Below, piece after piece: positions 36,226-45,444 of a DNA stretch of 46,706 nt. The stretch comes from Candidatus Bathyarchaeota archaeon (GTDB lineage: Archaea > Thermoproteota > Bathyarchaeia > Bathyarchaeales > DTEX01): the NCBI GenBank assembly GCA_003601695.1, contig PIYH01000002.1:1-46706 (forward strand), written 5' to 3'. The notes beneath the pieces are model-generated. The model saw nothing but the letters and a program-made list of their open reading frames with translations. It was not told the DNA's origin and ran no database searches. The position numbers and the translations under genes were made by a program. The first letter of the stretch is position 1; each line of letters begins with the position of its first letter.

Positions 36226-36877
36226 ATGGAACGTTGGTTTGAGAAGAGAAGAGTAAATAAGGTTTTAGAGATAGCTTATCGACAAATGGCTGTTGCCTTA
36301 GACACGATTAACGATCTTGAAAGAGCGATAGATCTAACTACGCAGAGAAGGAAGGATTCCTCAAAGACCACGATAGCTAGACTCTTCAAAACCGAAGAGG
36401 AAGTAGATGACTTAAGAAGAGTAGTCTTCGAGGAACTCACCAAGGGAACGATATCTCCAAGAGACCGCGAGGACATAATGAAGCTTGTTACAAACCTTGA
36501 TAAAGTAGCTGACCACGTTAAAGATGCGGCTAGAAATCATTCTTCTCGACGCGGAGATTCCTAAAGAGATATGGGATGCATACCATGAAATGGCGCATGG
36601 GATAGTTAGCACAGCCGGAGCGTTAAGGGAGAGCCTAAAAAGCTTAGGAGAGGATAATTCAAGGGCAAGAGTTATGTCTGAAAGAGTTGAGGAGGAAGAG
36701 AATAAAGTCGATAAGAAATTTCTAGAGATAAAATCTTTACTACTGAGTTATGGAGACAAGTTAAATCCAGCTTCCTTGATACTTCTAAAGGATCTACTTG
36801 ACTCGATGGAAGAGGCGACTGATAGATGCGCAGATACAGGAGATTACATTCGAATTCTAACAGTCTCGTTTAAATGA
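36226..36877 (+). pseudogene. DUF47 / PhoU-like (TIGR00153-type) gene split by a +1 frameshift into 112-aa and 117-aa ORFs
   Basis: The first ORF ends '...LVTNLDKVADHVKDAARN' before out-of-frame residues. The second frame continues 'LEIILLDAEIPKEIWDAYHEMA...'. The span is 652 nt (3n+1) and would encode about 216 aa, the normal size for one DUF47 protein. The frame change lies near 36530-36540. Confidence 0.65.
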
Positions 36878-36919
36878 TATTCCCAAAATTAATAATCTGC
36901 AAATCTAGAAGACAACTCG

Positions 36920-38152
36920 TTATACCGATTTTTTCTCCGCGGCCTTCTCAAGAGCTGCAACAGCAGGCAATTTGCTTCCTGTCAGGAATTCTATAAGCGC
37001 CCCTCCAGCTATGCTTATATATGACACCTTATCACCTAGTCCTAGCTCTTGAACCGCTGCTACTGTATGTCCTCCTCCAACAAGTGAGAACGCTTCCGAC
37101 TCGGCTACAGCCTCAAAAATCTCCTTTGTACCCTTCGAGAATTCCTTCCTTTCATATACTCCGGGCGGGCCGCTTACTACTATTGACTTCGCCTTCCTTA
37201 TTATCTCACAATACTCTTTGATGGTCTTTGCTCCTATATCAAGTATTGAATATTCTGTTGGAAGATCTCGAATTGAAATCTCCTTTCTTCTCCCTTCAAT
37301 ATTGATTGCAACATCTACTGGTACCCTAATCTTCCCGGGATGCCTTGCCATGAGCTCCTTAATGCCCGGAATTAGATCTAGAACCTTTTGTTTCTCGAGG
37401 AGCTCCATATTAGGTTTCCCTAGGTCAACGCCGGTTGCAGCGAGGAAGAGATGACCGGTCACTCCGCCCGTTAAAACGTAATCTGCGATTCCATTATTTA
37501 GAACGTGCCGGGATATCTTTAATGAATCATCTGCCTTCGCTCCTCCCAAAATGAAGATGCAAGGCTTCTCCGGAGACTCCAGCACCCTCGATAGAGCTCT
37601 GAGCTCACGCTCCATGATTCTACCCGCAACGCTTGGTAACGCAGCTATGAAGCCTACGACTGAAGCGTGAGACCTATGAGCCGCTGAGAAGGCGTCAAAA
37701 ACAAACAGGTCGGCTAATGATGCTAATTCCCTTACAAATTCCGATCTGGCATGTTCCTCAGGGTTCTTTGACTTCCGCTCATCCGGGTAAGATCGTGTAT
37801 TCTTTAGTAGGATGAGCTCGCCCTCCTTCAGCTCCCTTATCGCCCTCTTGGCTTCTTCTCCGTATAGATCATCAACGTATCTCACTGGTTTACCTAGAAT
37901 TTCACTCAGCCTCTTGGCATGCTGATCAAGTGGAATGAAATCCGGATCTCCCGGGCGTCCCTGATGAGCTAATATAACAACCTTCGCTCCTTTTTCAGAT
38001 AGCTCTTTAAGCGTGGTCTTTCCATGAGCTTTTATTCTAGTGTCATCGAGAATCTTCTTGGTCTCCGGATCAACTGGAGAGTTAAAGTCCACTCTCACAA
38101 GAACCGTTTTGCCCTTAACATCTACATCGTCCAACGTAAGGAATCTAGGCAT
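36920..38152 (-). CDS. pgk: Phosphoglycerate kinase
   Basis: Motifs are 'LVRVDFNSPVD', 'ILAHQGRPG', 'ILGGAKADDSL' and 'LVGGGHTVAAV'. The 410-aa length is typical. Confidence 0.93.
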   Translation of the reverse strand: MPRFLTLDDVDVKGKTVLVRVDFNSPVDPETKKILDDTRIKAHGKTTLKELSEKGAKVVILAHQGRPGDPDFIPLDQHAKRLSEILGKPVRYVDDLYGEEAKRAIRELKEGELILLKNTRSYPDERKSKNPEEHARSEFVRELASLADLFVFDAFSAAHRSHASVVGFIAALPSVAGRIMERELRALSRVLESPEKPCIFILGGAKADDSLKISRHVLNNGIADYVLTGGVTGHLFLAATGVDLGKPNMELLEKQKVLDLIPGIKELMARHPGKIRVPVDVAINIEGRRKEISIRDLPTEYSILDIGAKTIKEYCEIIRKAKSIVVSGPPGVYERKEFSKGTKEIFEAVAESEAFSLVGGGHTVAAVQELGLGDKVSYISIAGGALIEFLTGSKLPAVAALEKAAEKKSV

Positions 38153-38184
38153 AAATTCACCCTAAAACATAAAAATTAGGTTTT

Positions 38185-39279
38185 TTAATATAGAACTTCT
38201 GGGATTTTCAGAGCCTTGTTAGTCTTCTCGATGCTTCTGCTCCCGTCCTTCTCGATCAGAGTTAACGCTCTAATCGCATCGATGTTTTCCGGTATGACAT
38301 CGTTCTCGTTGGGGCAGGCAGCCGCTAATAGTAGCTCATTCTCACCTATCACCGTCACGAAGTCTTCCCACAATGGAATCGTGTATATATCTCCTCTTGG
38401 AAGTCCTAAATCTCGGCTTATCTCAATTATCGACGCTAAACCGATGACTCCATCCTTAGAGTTCACAAATGTTAATCTAGGCTCGCTTCGTAGAGCTTCA
38501 AGAGCCTCATCGCGCGTTATCTTCTGATCGAATGTTATATCGTAGAAGTGGAAGTGATGCATAGTATGGGATCCTTTAACCGCCGCGCTGTAGAGATCGG
38601 GGATCGCATCATGTATAACCGTCTTAACGTCCGGAGCGTGGTGACTTGGGAGATGTGATGGAACAACAGTATTCATTATTCCTCCAGTATCTCCCTTTAC
38701 AGGATCCGTTGCGCGACGAACTAGAAACATCCTAGCCTTCTTAACCTTAAAGTTCGTGTAGAGCGCATGGAATATTCTACATGCAGCTGTAGTGTTGCAG
38801 GATACGATTCTGCAGTATCTATGTCCACTCTCAGCCTTCTCGACGGCCTCCCCGTAATTACATTGAGCTACAAAGCTTAGATTCGCAACTTCATGCTTCT
38901 CTCCGCCTTCAAAAATAGCCTTTACGCCATATTTGTCATATAATGTCTCCTTGTTCTTAGCGCCGAAGCCAGCCGGTGCACAGTCAACCATAATGTCTAC
39001 TGCTCCCTTACGAAGTAGATCTTCCAGCGTTCCAGCGACATCGATTCCACCTTTCTTCATCGCATCAACCCGTTGTGGATCTGTCACGCTACAGTAGATC
39101 GTGTATCCCTTCTTCTGAGCCATCTTCACACGCCAGTCAGATACTACATCAGCCACTCCGACTATCTCCATGTCGTCCTGTAGAGCTACAGCGTCTGCAA
39201 CTCTCTTCCCTATAACGCCATATCCGTTTAATAGCACCTTAACCTTCCCATTCAAAGCTAACAAACCTCCATTTTGCAT
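38185..39279 (-). CDS. gap: Glyceraldehyde-3-phosphate dehydrogenase, archaeal type II
   Basis: It has 'LLNGYGVIGKRVADAV' and the catalytic 'VSCNTTA'. It lies directly upstream of pgk. The start may be the TTG at 39255 ('MNGKVKV', 9 nt after 'ggaggt'). Confidence 0.92.
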   Translation of the reverse strand: MQNGGLLALNGKVKVLLNGYGVIGKRVADAVALQDDMEIVGVADVVSDWRVKMAQKKGYTIYCSVTDPQRVDAMKKGGIDVAGTLEDLLRKGAVDIMVDCAPAGFGAKNKETLYDKYGVKAIFEGGEKHEVANLSFVAQCNYGEAVEKAESGHRYCRIVSCNTTAACRIFHALYTNFKVKKARMFLVRRATDPVKGDTGGIMNTVVPSHLPSHHAPDVKTVIHDAIPDLYSAAVKGSHTMHHFHFYDITFDQKITRDEALEALRSEPRLTFVNSKDGVIGLASIIEISRDLGLPRGDIYTIPLWEDFVTVIGENELLLAAACPNENDVIPENIDAIRALTLIEKDGSRSIEKTNKALKIPEVLY

Positions 39280-39364
39280 TAACTTCTCTCAGAAAAGTAT
39301 TAAATCTTTTTCATAAATAATTGATTCTGATCATCTTATTGAATAAGTCGCAACAGATGAGAGG

Positions 39365-39973
39365 CTAGAGAAGATTCGGTTTTATTCTTAGATATATTAA
39401 GGGTCCCCTCTCCTTCCGTATCTCTGAAACTCTTCTTGAAAGTGCATTGTAGATGTCTATCGGATCTAACTTTAGACTCTTCGGATTTACATTTGGATTT
39501 CGCAGACGCCTCGCAATCTCCTCCACTATAAGGTTTTCAGCGATGAAACTTGCCATACATATTTCTCCTTGAGAGATAAGCTTGCTTGTCATCAAATTCT
39601 TAAGTTCCTTCTTGAATTCTAATCTCCTATATATTTTCTTTGCCTCTTTAATTCTTTTCTCAGCATTCGGCGGAAGTCTCGGCTTTGCATGTAGAAGCTT
39701 AACTCTCTCCCTCCATTTTCCAAGCCATATAGTAATCCAGGATTTTACAAAGGTCAGAAACTCGTCTCTTTCGTCATACATCATCCCTTCAAGAGCGTCA
39801 CAGAAGGATCCGCCTATCAGAGAGAGTTTCTGTTTAATCCATTCCTCCAGATCTTTAGAGGCATACACAACCATTTGATAATCTGAAGAATAAGGCTCAA
39901 ATTGAGGGATACGATTCTTCATCTCCTCGGCGAGGATGGAAATTAATCTTCTCCGGAGGGAAATAATCTTCAT
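39365..39973 (-). CDS. Hypothetical protein (202 aa, helical, basic)
   Basis: It is a stand-alone ORF between pfkB-like and gap on the same strand. No family is recognised. Confidence 0.55.
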   Translation of the reverse strand: MKIISLRRRLISILAEEMKNRIPQFEPYSSDYQMVVYASKDLEEWIKQKLSLIGGSFCDALEGMMYDERDEFLTFVKSWITIWLGKWRERVKLLHAKPRLPPNAEKRIKEAKKIYRRLEFKKELKNLMTSKLISQGEICMASFIAENLIVEEIARRLRNPNVNPKSLKLDPIDIYNALSRRVSEIRKERGPLIYLRIKPNLL

Positions 39974-40040
39974 CTATAACCCGCACAACCTACTTAGTAA
40001 ATGCTTCATATAAGATTTAAGGTTGCCTCTTTATTAGCGA

Positions 40041-40940
40041 TTACAGTGGAAGATCCTCTCTTCTAGGAAGCCCGTTTCTAGCTCCCATCTTCATTAAGGT
40101 TCTGGAGGCGACGAAGTTTCCGAGAATACCACATTCTCTAAGCGACATGTTTTTCATCAGTCCATATATGAAGCCAGCGCAGAAGGCATCTCCGGCGCCA
40201 GTTGAATCAACAACCTTCACTCTGAACGGCTCGATTACATGTTGTTCTTTGCCATCCGTTACATAACATCCGCGAGAGCCGAGCTTGACAGCGACTATTT
40301 TTACACCTTCCTTCAATAGAATCTGAGAGCCTTCAACATAGTTCTTTCCCGTCAGAATTCTGATCTCGTGTTCATTCGGGAATAACGCGAGGCATCTTTC
40401 AATCATGGGCTTTAGCTCCGCAAGCCCTTTACGAGCATATATCATTCCCGGATCAATCGTCACTGGGATATCTGATAGCATCTTAACAATCTCTTTCTGA
40501 ACATTAAATGAGGATTCGCCGATAAAGGAGGATAGATGCAACAAACCTGCTTGCGATGCATAATCCATGTCAATCTCCTCTAGACTTAGCGAATCGTTTA
40601 CTCCTGGATCCACGTAGAGAGCTCGTTCACCCGCCTCATCTACGAATCCTATAACAACCCCGCTTCGTCCATGCGAAGCAACAACGATGCCGTCAGTATT
40701 TACGCCCTCCTCGATGAAAGATCTCATCAGCATCTCGCCTTCCCTATCTCTAGCAACCTTTCCGATGAAGCCAGTCTTCACGCCGAGCCTCGCCAATCCC
40801 ACAGCCGTGTTTGCGGCTGAGCCTCCCGGAGCCTCCTTAAAGTCTAGAATCTCACTCTCCTCATCTGCAGATGCTATCCTATCTACCTTGTAGAGCTTGT
40901 CAACGTTTAATGCTCCGAAGCAGATAACGTCGAGCTTCAA
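40041..40940 (-). CDS. PfkB/ribokinase-family carbohydrate kinase
   Basis: Motifs are 'PGGSAANTA', 'NEHE' and 'DSTGAGDAF'. The TTG start overlaps the ftr stop codon (TTGA). Confidence 0.88.
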   Translation of the reverse strand: MKLDVICFGALNVDKLYKVDRIASADEESEILDFKEAPGGSAANTAVGLARLGVKTGFIGKVARDREGEMLMRSFIEEGVNTDGIVVASHGRSGVVIGFVDEAGERALYVDPGVNDSLSLEEIDMDYASQAGLLHLSSFIGESSFNVQKEIVKMLSDIPVTIDPGMIYARKGLAELKPMIERCLALFPNEHEIRILTGKNYVEGSQILLKEGVKIVAVKLGSRGCYVTDGKEQHVIEPFRVKVVDSTGAGDAFCAGFIYGLMKNMSLRECGILGNFVASRTLMKMGARNGLPRREDLPL

Positions 40941-41860
40941 GAGAAGAGATCCCTCAAGTATATTTTGTAATCCCCAAGCTTTCCGCCGTAGTTTCCAGCG
41001 GATATCTTAACTACTCCATCAACTTTAGATGCTGCTTCGATGCCGATCTTCATAGCCTTTCTGACAGATTCTAATGTTATGCCATTTATTACTACTTCAG
41101 GAATGTAGTTGACGCCTTCGGGAACCTTAGATGCGCCTCCAAGTCTCCCTTTTAATGATGGACAATATGGATGGTTTGTAGTAGGCCCTATCTCCGGAAA
41201 TTTCGTCTCAGTCTTAGATCCAGCTGAACATATATCGAATGGTGTGACAACACCTTCTACTTTATGTATTGCTTCTAAAGCTTTCTTTCCAGCCTCCATA
41301 ACTGCTTCCTTTGTCTCACACATATACCAGAAGTTTCCGCCAGTAACCCCACGTCCATATCCAAGATAACGTTCTATCTTGAAATCCGGCACCATTACAG
41401 GAATTATTATCATTTCGCGGCTATAGAGATTCTCAATCCATTCGTAGCCGTCTCCACAATGACCTATACGTTCCATCGCGTCAACTTTACCTATCGGATA
41501 TAGACATGCATCAAAGACCGCTGTGAATGGCTTTACAAGTATATCTTGCCTTATTCGGTAAGAAAACTCCCTATAGAACTTGCTGACAACCTTATCTAAA
41601 GGCTTATCCTTTTCGAAAGCAGCCCAGAATTGGAGGATCACACCTAAACGTCCATCAGGAGTTTCATCTTTTCCGAGATATCTTTCCACCCCTCCCTCAA
41701 TTCTACCGATCACTATAGAGGGAGTTGCAGTTGCATCCTCCCCGGCTTTTCTAAGCGTCTCCTCATCATCAGCTGTGACCAGAATCCTGAAGTACAATCC
41801 CTCGAAGGCCTCGGCATAAGTGTCCTCGATCTCCACTCTCATCTCAGCCTCATTCCTCAT
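40937..41860 (-). CDS. ftr: Formylmethanofuran--tetrahydromethanopterin N-formyltransferase
   Basis: It is collinear with methanogen Ftr: '[13 protein letters not shown]', 'ETPDGRLGV', '[10 protein letters not shown]', 'PEVVINGI', 'MKIGIEAA' and '[24 protein letters not shown]'. Confidence 0.92.
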   Translation of the reverse strand: MRNEAEMRVEIEDTYAEAFEGLYFRILVTADDEETLRKAGEDATATPSIVIGRIEGGVERYLGKDETPDGRLGVILQFWAAFEKDKPLDKVVSKFYREFSYRIRQDILVKPFTAVFDACLYPIGKVDAMERIGHCGDGYEWIENLYSREMIIIPVMVPDFKIERYLGYGRGVTGGNFWYMCETKEAVMEAGKKALEAIHKVEGVVTPFDICSAGSKTETKFPEIGPTTNHPYCPSLKGRLGGASKVPEGVNYIPEVVINGITLESVRKAMKIGIEAASKVDGVVKISAGNYGGKLGDYKIYLRDLFS

Positions 41861-41986
41861 CTATTATTATTCATTCTAAGGGATATATGCAGAAATGTAT
41901 TAACCTTTATACTCTCCATAGTCTACGAGAAAGATTATAAGTATTCAAGCATACGAAGAGATTAGTCGTGATCAAGAGGTGTCTTT

Positions 41987-42808
41987 TTGGCTCAAAACCG
42001 AAAAATAATGTTATCAATCGTAGTAGTATGTCTAATTATTGGAGCTTGGCTTACTTACTCCACGTTCTATGCTAGCTTAAGGAAGCCACATCCTCCAAGC
42101 GTTATTGAATGGTACGAGACCTCAAGGCAACCGATAAGTAGTTTATGGGGACAAGGCGTAGCATTCGATGGTGTCTACTGGTATTTCTCCGGGAGACAAT
42201 ATCTCTGCAAGACATACCTAAACTACAGCATAATCATTGAAAACTACGATCCCATTCCTCAGGAGCTGAGAAAACAAGGCTACCATCACATCGGAGACAT
42301 TGACTACTTTGAGGGAGTAATCTACGCCCCAGTTGAGGACTATGGATATAAAAATGGAACTTTTATATTATATTTCGCCGAGAATCTCACATACGCTGGA
42401 AAATACGTTAAGACTAGTCAGTCGCATATGCCGTGGTGCGCCATTGATCCGAAAACTCAGCTTATATATTCCTCCGAGTTCGACAACGTAAGTAGTCTAT
42501 ATGTTTACGATTTAAAGAAAGATTTTAGTCGGCTGAAAGATCTACCTCTAAGCCAAACCCTACACAGGGTTCAGGGAGGCGCAGTACATGACGACTCGCT
42601 ATACCTTTCATGCGATGATTTCGGAGAGCACATATATATAGTCGATATTAAGACAGGGAAAGTTTTAGATAGCTTCGCGACGAATATCGGATGGGAGATG
42701 GAGGGCGTAACGGTTTATAAGTTTGAGAATGCTAGCTTAGGAATGCTACATTTCATCGACCATAAAAGGAACATATATCATTATTCATTTAAGGAAGCCG
42801 CCGGCTAG
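41987..42808 (+). CDS. Hypothetical membrane-anchored or secreted protein, beta-rich
   Basis: It has an N-terminal hydrophobic anchor ('LSIVVVCLIIGAWL'), then an aromatic/Gly-rich beta-type sequence. The start may be the ATG at 42008. No family is recognised. Confidence 0.55.
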   Translation: MAQNRKIMLSIVVVCLIIGAWLTYSTFYASLRKPHPPSVIEWYETSRQPISSLWGQGVAFDGVYWYFSGRQYLCKTYLNYSIIIENYDPIPQELRKQGYHHIGDIDYFEGVIYAPVEDYGYKNGTFILYFAENLTYAGKYVKTSQSHMPWCAIDPKTQLIYSSEFDNVSSLYVYDLKKDFSRLKDLPLSQTLHRVQGGAVHDDSLYLSCDDFGEHIYIVDIKTGKVLDSFATNIGWEMEGVTVYKFENASLGMLHFIDHKRNIYHYSFKEAAG

Positions 42809-42829
42809 ACATCTAATGCCTCCAACAGA

Positions 42830-43489
42830 TTAGATTATAGGGATGCTTACCAAAAGAAACGAGGTCAACGGCACAATTATATTGTCATCTATTGATTTAT
42901 ACTCGTAATGCTCAAGGATACTTGCGACTACAGCTGCAAGCACGCCCTTAAAGCCTAACGTTAAGCCTATCGGCACGCAGACCGCAAGCATCGCTAGGTT
43001 TCCCCACCAGCTCTTGGTTCTCTCACCGAACATATAGTTCCTTACGATTCCGGTTACGGCATCGCCTATACTCATGAAAAGCACCGGTACGATGCCGATC
43101 CACCAATTGTTGAAGATAATCTTTCCAAGGAGAATCGATAGTCCCCACATAACGCAGAAGTGCACATCAAACTTGTTCTCTGGAACCTGATACCAATAAT
43201 TAATCTTCCCTATCTTATATGGCAGATAGCTCACCACTGCTAAGAACATAGACATGAGAAGCGGCATATATACGTCGGTGAAGATAAACGGCGTCAGTAG
43301 AGCAGCGAGACCTCCAGCAAATATGTGAATCATCTTCCTATTATAGTATATAATAACCCTCTCCTTAACACCTCTAGACACATAGTAATGATATATCTTC
43401 TTTGTGAGAAACATAACGAGGAACAATATCCATAACAACAATATCGATGCATATAACATTTCTAATAACAACAATGATATATTCACCAT
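42830..43489 (-). CDS. Polytopic membrane protein, CTP-dependent polyprenol (dolichol) kinase / cytidylyltransferase-family-like
   Basis: It has about 6 TM helices. 'SIGDAVTGIVRNYMFGERTKSWWGNLAM' resembles the 'GD..A..vG...G....KS.eG' motif of the dolichol kinase / CTP-transferase-1 family. Confidence 0.45.
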   Translation of the reverse strand: MVNISLLLLEMLYASILLLWILFLVMFLTKKIYHYYVSRGVKERVIIYYNRKMIHIFAGGLAALLTPFIFTDVYMPLLMSMFLAVVSYLPYKIGKINYWYQVPENKFDVHFCVMWGLSILLGKIIFNNWWIGIVPVLFMSIGDAVTGIVRNYMFGERTKSWWGNLAMLAVCVPIGLTLGFKGVLAAVVASILEHYEYKSIDDNIIVPLTSFLLVSIPII

Positions 43490-43715
43490 CTAAGCATTAA
43501 ATTCCAATATTCGTAATTCCTTAAAAAGCTTAAAGGAAAAAACCGTTATTCTGCAACTCACGAGAAGCATCAGAATTTTAAATTAGACAATAAAAGAGCT
43601 ATTATCCCTTTAAGACCATGGAATTTTCATAAGCTCCAAAGAAGAATGGATTACATGAATCTGCCTTAACTATACTTAAAGATTATTATGATATAGCGTT
43701 GAGTAACATTATCTT

Positions 43716-44543
43716 TTAGAGCCTTATCTCCTCCATCGGCACACCTCTACTCTTTCTCAGCAGTATAAGCGATAATGTAATGAAAATTATGATCCGCATG
43801 AAAACTGAGATTGCAGCTAGCCTCAGGTTTATTGCTGGCAACGGCTTATCGCCTGCCAGCCAAAGTAAGTATGCTCCTGTAGGCGGGTATACTCCTATGC
43901 CATGATACGTCAGCAGCGCTGGCAGTGAACATAATGGTATGATATATGCCAGGTTTCCCAGGTCAACCCATAGTTGAGAGTATGCTATGAAGCCAAATAT
44001 TAATGGTATATAGCTCGTCATTGTTAACGCCCTTGTCCTCTCGGATACTATGACCACTAGCGCTATCAGGTATGCGAGCCAATATAATGCTACACCAGCC
44101 ATTACTAAGTCGACTATTACTCCTAGCGGATTCTCGGGTAACGCCAGAATCCTAAACTTTGCATATGAGAAGCCTATAACTGACAAGAATATTGTTAGAG
44201 CAAAGATCAGTATAGCGAGTAGGCTTCCAAGGAAGTCCTCAACTATGAACCTCAATGTGCTAACCTTTGTGAACTTAGTTATGTATCTCGCGGCTCTCGA
44301 CGTGTAGAAAAGGCTGTATGATAAACCGATAGCTACCGAGGACATTGATAATAATCCTAGAAAGCTATAGGCTATAGTAATATTAGTCTTTATAACGTAG
44401 ACTTTCCATAGAGTCTCTCCTGCTGCTGGGCTGAAAATGAAGATCCACATCAAAACCCAAAACTCTATGAAGCCTATGCCCCATCCTATCTGCTCCGGAT
44501 TCGTAAGCATATCCTTAATCTTAAGCCTAAGATATAATGTCAT
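43716..44543 (-). CDS. ABC-2-type transporter permease
   Basis: It is a hydrophobic protein of about 6 TM helices, starting 17 nt downstream of an ABC ATPase gene on the same strand. Confidence 0.62.
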   Translation of the reverse strand: MTLYLRLKIKDMLTNPEQIGWGIGFIEFWVLMWIFIFSPAAGETLWKVYVIKTNITIAYSFLGLLSMSSVAIGLSYSLFYTSRAARYITKFTKVSTLRFIVEDFLGSLLAILIFALTIFLSVIGFSYAKFRILALPENPLGVIVDLVMAGVALYWLAYLIALVVIVSERTRALTMTSYIPLIFGFIAYSQLWVDLGNLAYIIPLCSLPALLTYHGIGVYPPTGAYLLWLAGDKPLPAINLRLAAISVFMRIIIFITLSLILLRKSRGVPMEEIRL

Positions 44544-44560
44544 GTATTCTCAGTCTCCAT

Positions 44561-45355
44561 CTAACTTAACGAGAGCTCATAGATCCTATCTAATGTTATA
44601 AGCTTTGATAATGGCTCTCCAACCTTCCCTTGCATTAGACTATACATTTTGCCTGAGATAGTAAACTTTAACATTGCATTAGGCATATCACCAATGACTA
44701 AATTCACCTTAACTAGATTCCCTGCATACATGGGACCGAAAAGTTTTCCTTCAAACATTAAATGTGTACTCCAGTCCTTTAGGGTTGAGAGAAGCCACGT
44801 CTCATGGGTATTCAAAAGTAATATGCCCTTATACTCTTTGAGATACTCTATCAACCTACCCTTCCTGGCGGGATCAAGCTGCTCAAAAGGCTCATCCAGA
44901 AGGACATGCTTGGCATTAGAGAATAAGGCTATTACGGTTGAGAATGCCTTTCGCTGACCAGCGGAGAGCTCCCACGGCTTCCTCTTCCTTAAAAGACTGA
45001 TACTTAGCCCTAAATCCTCAAGCATCTCTACAGTTAAATCTAAATCTCCACCAGTAAAATCCATAAATAAACGTAGATGATCATAGGCATTTAGATGAAA
45101 AACATGATGAACCTCGCTTAGGTTTATGGCTAACACACCGGGCTTATTATGTATTTCATCTAGGTTTACGCCATCGATGAGTATTCTGCCGGATGATATG
45201 GGCGCCAATCCTGCAATAGCTCTAAAAAGCGTCGTCTTACCTGAACCGTTTGGCCCTAAGATTAGATGTTTATCCTTAAACTTTGCATGAACTCCTTTAA
45301 TGATGGGTTCCTGCCGCCGCCTATACCTAACGCAGAGGTTTACAAGTTCTATCAT
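44561..45355 (-). CDS. ABC transporter ATP-binding protein (exporter type)
   Basis: Motifs are 'GPNGSGKTT', 'LSAGQRKAF', 'VLLDEPFEQLD' and 'NTHE'. Confidence 0.88.
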   Translation of the reverse strand: MIELVNLCVRYRRRQEPIIKGVHAKFKDKHLILGPNGSGKTTLFRAIAGLAPISSGRILIDGVNLDEIHNKPGVLAINLSEVHHVFHLNAYDHLRLFMDFTGGDLDLTVEMLEDLGLSISLLRKRKPWELSAGQRKAFSTVIALFSNAKHVLLDEPFEQLDPARKGRLIEYLKEYKGILLLNTHETWLLSTLKDWSTHLMFEGKLFGPMYAGNLVKVNLVIGDMPNAMLKFTISGKMYSLMQGKVGEPLSKLITLDRIYELSLS

Positions 45356-45444
45356 TAAATCATTACACCTAATATGACGCCGCGTCTTTTTTAAAGCTAG
45401 AAATCTTTATAAAAAAATTTTTCCATCTGATACTCGGTGAGATT

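Noticed and set aside
30860-36877. Interpreting the ABC operon plus the downstream PhoU-like (DUF47) gene as a Pst phosphate-uptake locus.
   Set aside because: The ATPases carry TOBE-type C-terminal extensions, and the permease is a fused double domain with two different ATPases, unlike PstSCAB. The DUF47 gene is separated by about 310 bp and is frameshifted, and DUF47 usually pairs with Pit-type carriers.
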